Of a DNA stretch of 64,000 bases, positions 62,439 through 64,000 are shown in pieces. Made by a program: the position numbers and the translations under genes. Every line of letters starts with the position of its first letter. Positions within the stretch are counted from its first letter, which is position 1. Source of the DNA: Vicugna vicugna. Its lineage: Eukaryota. The notes beneath the pieces were generated by a model. It saw only the letters and a list, made by a program, of their open reading frames with translations, ran no database searches and was not told the origin of the DNA. The stretch spans positions 613,597 to 677,596 of the forward strand of contig MU057984.1 in NCBI GenBank assembly GCA_013265495.1, written 5' to 3'.

Positions 62439-64000
62439 GGAGATCGCCAAGATGGCAGAGTAGATGGCTGACTAGCTCACCCTCTCCAACAAATACACCA
62501 AAAACTCCATCTTCATACAGAAAAAAATGGCAAAGAATACCTACTGAACTTTGGCAGAATATCTCTTACAAAAATACAAAAAGAATCCTCACAAAAATGG
62601 GTAGGAAAACAAAAATAAACAAAGAAAATTGGTGGGGTACCTGTATCATGGGGAGGGAGTGGCAAAGGAGGAAAGGTGCCCTCACTCTGGGAAGACCACT
62701 ATCCAGTAAGGAGGTCAGCAGGGACAGAAAAGGATCTTCCAAGGCTGAGAGGAGAAAGCAGCAGCTGCTTGGCAGACAGAAGTGAGAGAAACCAGCCCAA
62801 CTAGCCTGAGACACTAGCCAGCAGAGGCGGGCCAGGCAAGGCTGCTCAAACTCGGTCTTCTATGGATGAGCCCGGGGAGAGGACTGGTGCCAATTGCATA
62901 GAGGCAGCCTCAGGCAACTGGAGAGTGGTGCAGGCTGAGGCTGGGAGAGGGTACAAATCAGCCTGGGTCCCTCCATAGATAGCACCACTGCTGGTACATT
63001 AGGAAGGAGGGGTGCAATGAAGCCTGGCCATAGCAGCCAGCTCCACTAACCCATAAGGCATTGTTCAGCACCATTATTAGGGAGCATTCTCTTGAGAAGA
63101 GAGGCAGGGTTCGAGACACAGCCATTTTCTCAACTTGCTCTGGAGGGGCATGATCGCTGGTTTGTGGCTGGCAGAGGTGGGACCGAAACCTGAATCCATA
63201 CCTAGGGGTCCAGCAACTTTGCAGGCAGGACTAAGATTTGATTCTAGTCCCAAGTAGCAAGGTGGATTTGCATCACTGATGCCTTTATGGACTTGGGCTT
63301 CTGAGACAAACGAGTGGAGTTCTGGTGCATGGCAGGGAGTTTTGGAATTAACAACAGGCCTGCGTACCACACACAGATACAGGCCTGAGGTCTAGGCTGA
63401 CCCTATGGCGCACAGTGGATCCAGGTGTGTGACTGCATGAGCGAACCCTATGGTGGGTCCTAGTGCCTTATGATGGCAGATCTGCACTGGTGGCTTTGTG
63501 GGTACAGAACCTGGGGGACACCAGAGCCACCTGCCAACATTCCTATGGCTGAGGTGGGGACAAGGGCAGCCTCAAAAATTGTGCTTGGTAAGCCGACGCA
63601 ACAAGTGACAGAAAACACGACAGAGGACACTGTCTGGTGGACATCTCCTGCTGAGGAATACTCAGCAGCTCCCCTTTCAGCTAAAGAGCTCCAATCCCGC
63701 CTACCACACACTACAGCTCAGAAATGGGTCTGGAAGCCTCTATTCCAACAAGAGGGGAGCATACCAAGGCCCTGACAGGGTTGTGACAACCACAGAGCAA
63801 AGAGGAGGCCTCACTCAACAACCACGGCAGGTTCTGGTCACTATAGTACCAACCAAACCACCAATCAAGGGTTAACAGCCAACAAACATGGAAGAAAGGT
63901 GTGCCAAACATCCATACTAAAAACAGCCCTCATGACAAAATTATTAGACATATGCAGTCTACACAAGGATGCTCCGACTTTTAAAAAAAACAACAGCAGC
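62439..64000 (+). mobile_element. 5' UTR/promoter of a probably long L1, continuing beyond the window
   Basis: Abrupt GC rise after the A-rich aaaaaaataaaacta. Starts ggagatcgccaagatggcagagtag (YY1 site typical of L1 5' ends) followed by agctcaccctctccaacaaatacacca. ORF1 is not clearly reached. Confidence 0.75.

Overview
Repeat-rich, AT-rich mammalian genomic DNA. The tRNA-derived SINEs and young L1 3' ends look camelid (alpaca/camel-like, Vic-1-type SINE). The gene content points to the X-linked MAGE-B region; both assignments are inferred. There is one intact protein-coding gene, a single-exon MAGE-B CDS on the minus strand (28393-29436, 347 aa) that I recognise as MAGEB16-like. Upstream of it lie about 4.3 kb of tandem ~200-230 bp MAGE-type promoter/first-exon units, a perfect 33-bp VNTR and a CpG island with ETS and NRF1 motifs. 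A decayed MAGE-B pseudogene sits at about 40.3-41.4 kb. A third 'ghost' MAGE unit survives only as its 3' flank at about 18.2-19.3 kb. Two defective, complementary pieces of a class I (gamma-like, HERV-W/ERV9-type) endogenous retrovirus occupy about 11.9-16.1 kb and 19.3-22.7 kb. The 3' half of the first piece is anomalously GC/CpG-rich and keeps a stop-free env TM frame. The rest is L1, MIR, MaLR and ERV1 solo LTRs, SINEs, a MADE2-like MITE, microsatellites and one 35-N gap. I found no CRISPR, rRNA or genuine tRNA gene, and no demonstrably new biological system. The best leads are the CpG-island ERV LTR, the promoter VNTR, the ghost MAGE unit and a retrocopied LTR R-region. Repeat family names and protein comparisons are from memory, not database searches.
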